A stretch of 64,000 bases of DNA from Heptranchias perlo (Eukaryota): NCBI RefSeq assembly GCF_035084215.1, contig NW_027139264.1:310001-374000 (forward strand), read 5' to 3'. The notes under the pieces are model-generated. The model saw only the letters and a program-made list of their open reading frames with translations, searched no databases and was not told where the DNA came from. The translations under genes and the position numbers were made by a program. Positions 63,400 to 64,000 of this stretch are shown here, piece by piece (positions within the stretch are counted from its first letter, which is position 1; every line of letters starts with the position of its first letter).

Positions 63400-64000
63400 G
63401 CCCTTTCCCCATAGCCCTGACTCAATTCCAAACTAATCCCACTGCCCCACTCTCTCCCCATAGCCGTGTATCAATCCCAAACTAATCCCACTGCCCCACT
63501 CTCTCCCCATAGCCCTGTATCAATCCCAAACTAATCCCACTGCCCCACTCTCTCCCCATAGCCGTGTATCAATCCCAAACTAATCCCACTGCCCCACTCT
63601 CTCCCCATAGCCCTGTATCAATCCCAAACTAATCCCACTGCCCCACTCTCTCCCCATAGCCGTGTAACAATCCCAAACTAATCCCACTGCCCCGCGCCCT
63701 CCCCATAGCCCTGTATCAATCCCAAACTAATCCCACTGCCCCACTCTCTCCCCATCGCCCTGTATCAATCCCAAACTAATCCCACTGCCCCACTCTCTCC
63801 CCATAGCCCTGTATCAATCCCAAACTAATCCCACTGCCCCACTCTCTCCCCATCGCCCTTTATCAATCCCAAACTAATCCCACTGTCCCGCTCTCTCCAC
63901 ACAGCCCTGTATCAATCCCAAACTAATCCCACTGCCTCACTCTCTCCCCATAGCCCTGTATCAATCCCAAACTAATCCCACTGCCCTACTCTCTCCCCAT
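63400..64000. repeat. 49-bp minisatellite, same unit as 9480-10275; runs off the window end
   Basis: 49-nt period (63463, 63512, 63561...). Confidence 0.96.

Overview
Repeat-rich vertebrate genomic DNA, almost certainly from a cartilaginous fish (shark-type CR1/L2 LINEs, Deu-domain SINE pieces, Penelope and Harbinger relics). Most of the long ORFs in the supplied track come from stop-free minisatellites or dead LINEs. Host genes I can support: (1) a divergent nonclassical MHC class I heavy chain on +, with clean alpha1/alpha2/alpha3 exons at 54436-54696, 58298-58573 and 61056-61328. It has lost most peptide-anchoring residues, its groove is strongly hydrophobic and it carries an extra Cys on the groove floor. 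No leader or TM exon was found. (2) A 9-finger C2H2 zinc-finger gene on - (13314-14438) whose stop codon lies inside the terminal inverted repeat of a MITE. Its probable first exon/promoter is a ~100-bp CpG patch at ~30.1 kb between large VNTRs. (3) An unidentified candidate terminal exon on + (11202-11466) that looks like a secreted pro-peptide. Other signals: a Penelope-type minimal hammerhead ribozyme (10644-10680); a duplicated 79-bp FOX/NR5A motif module near an HNF4 site, upstream of the class I gene; four unrelated minisatellites that all carry 5' splice-site-like GTGAG on the same strand; and nested transposons with readable target-site duplications. Lead hypothesis (inference only): a lipid/hydrophobic-ligand-binding, CD1-analogous class I gene, possibly expressed in liver or gut.
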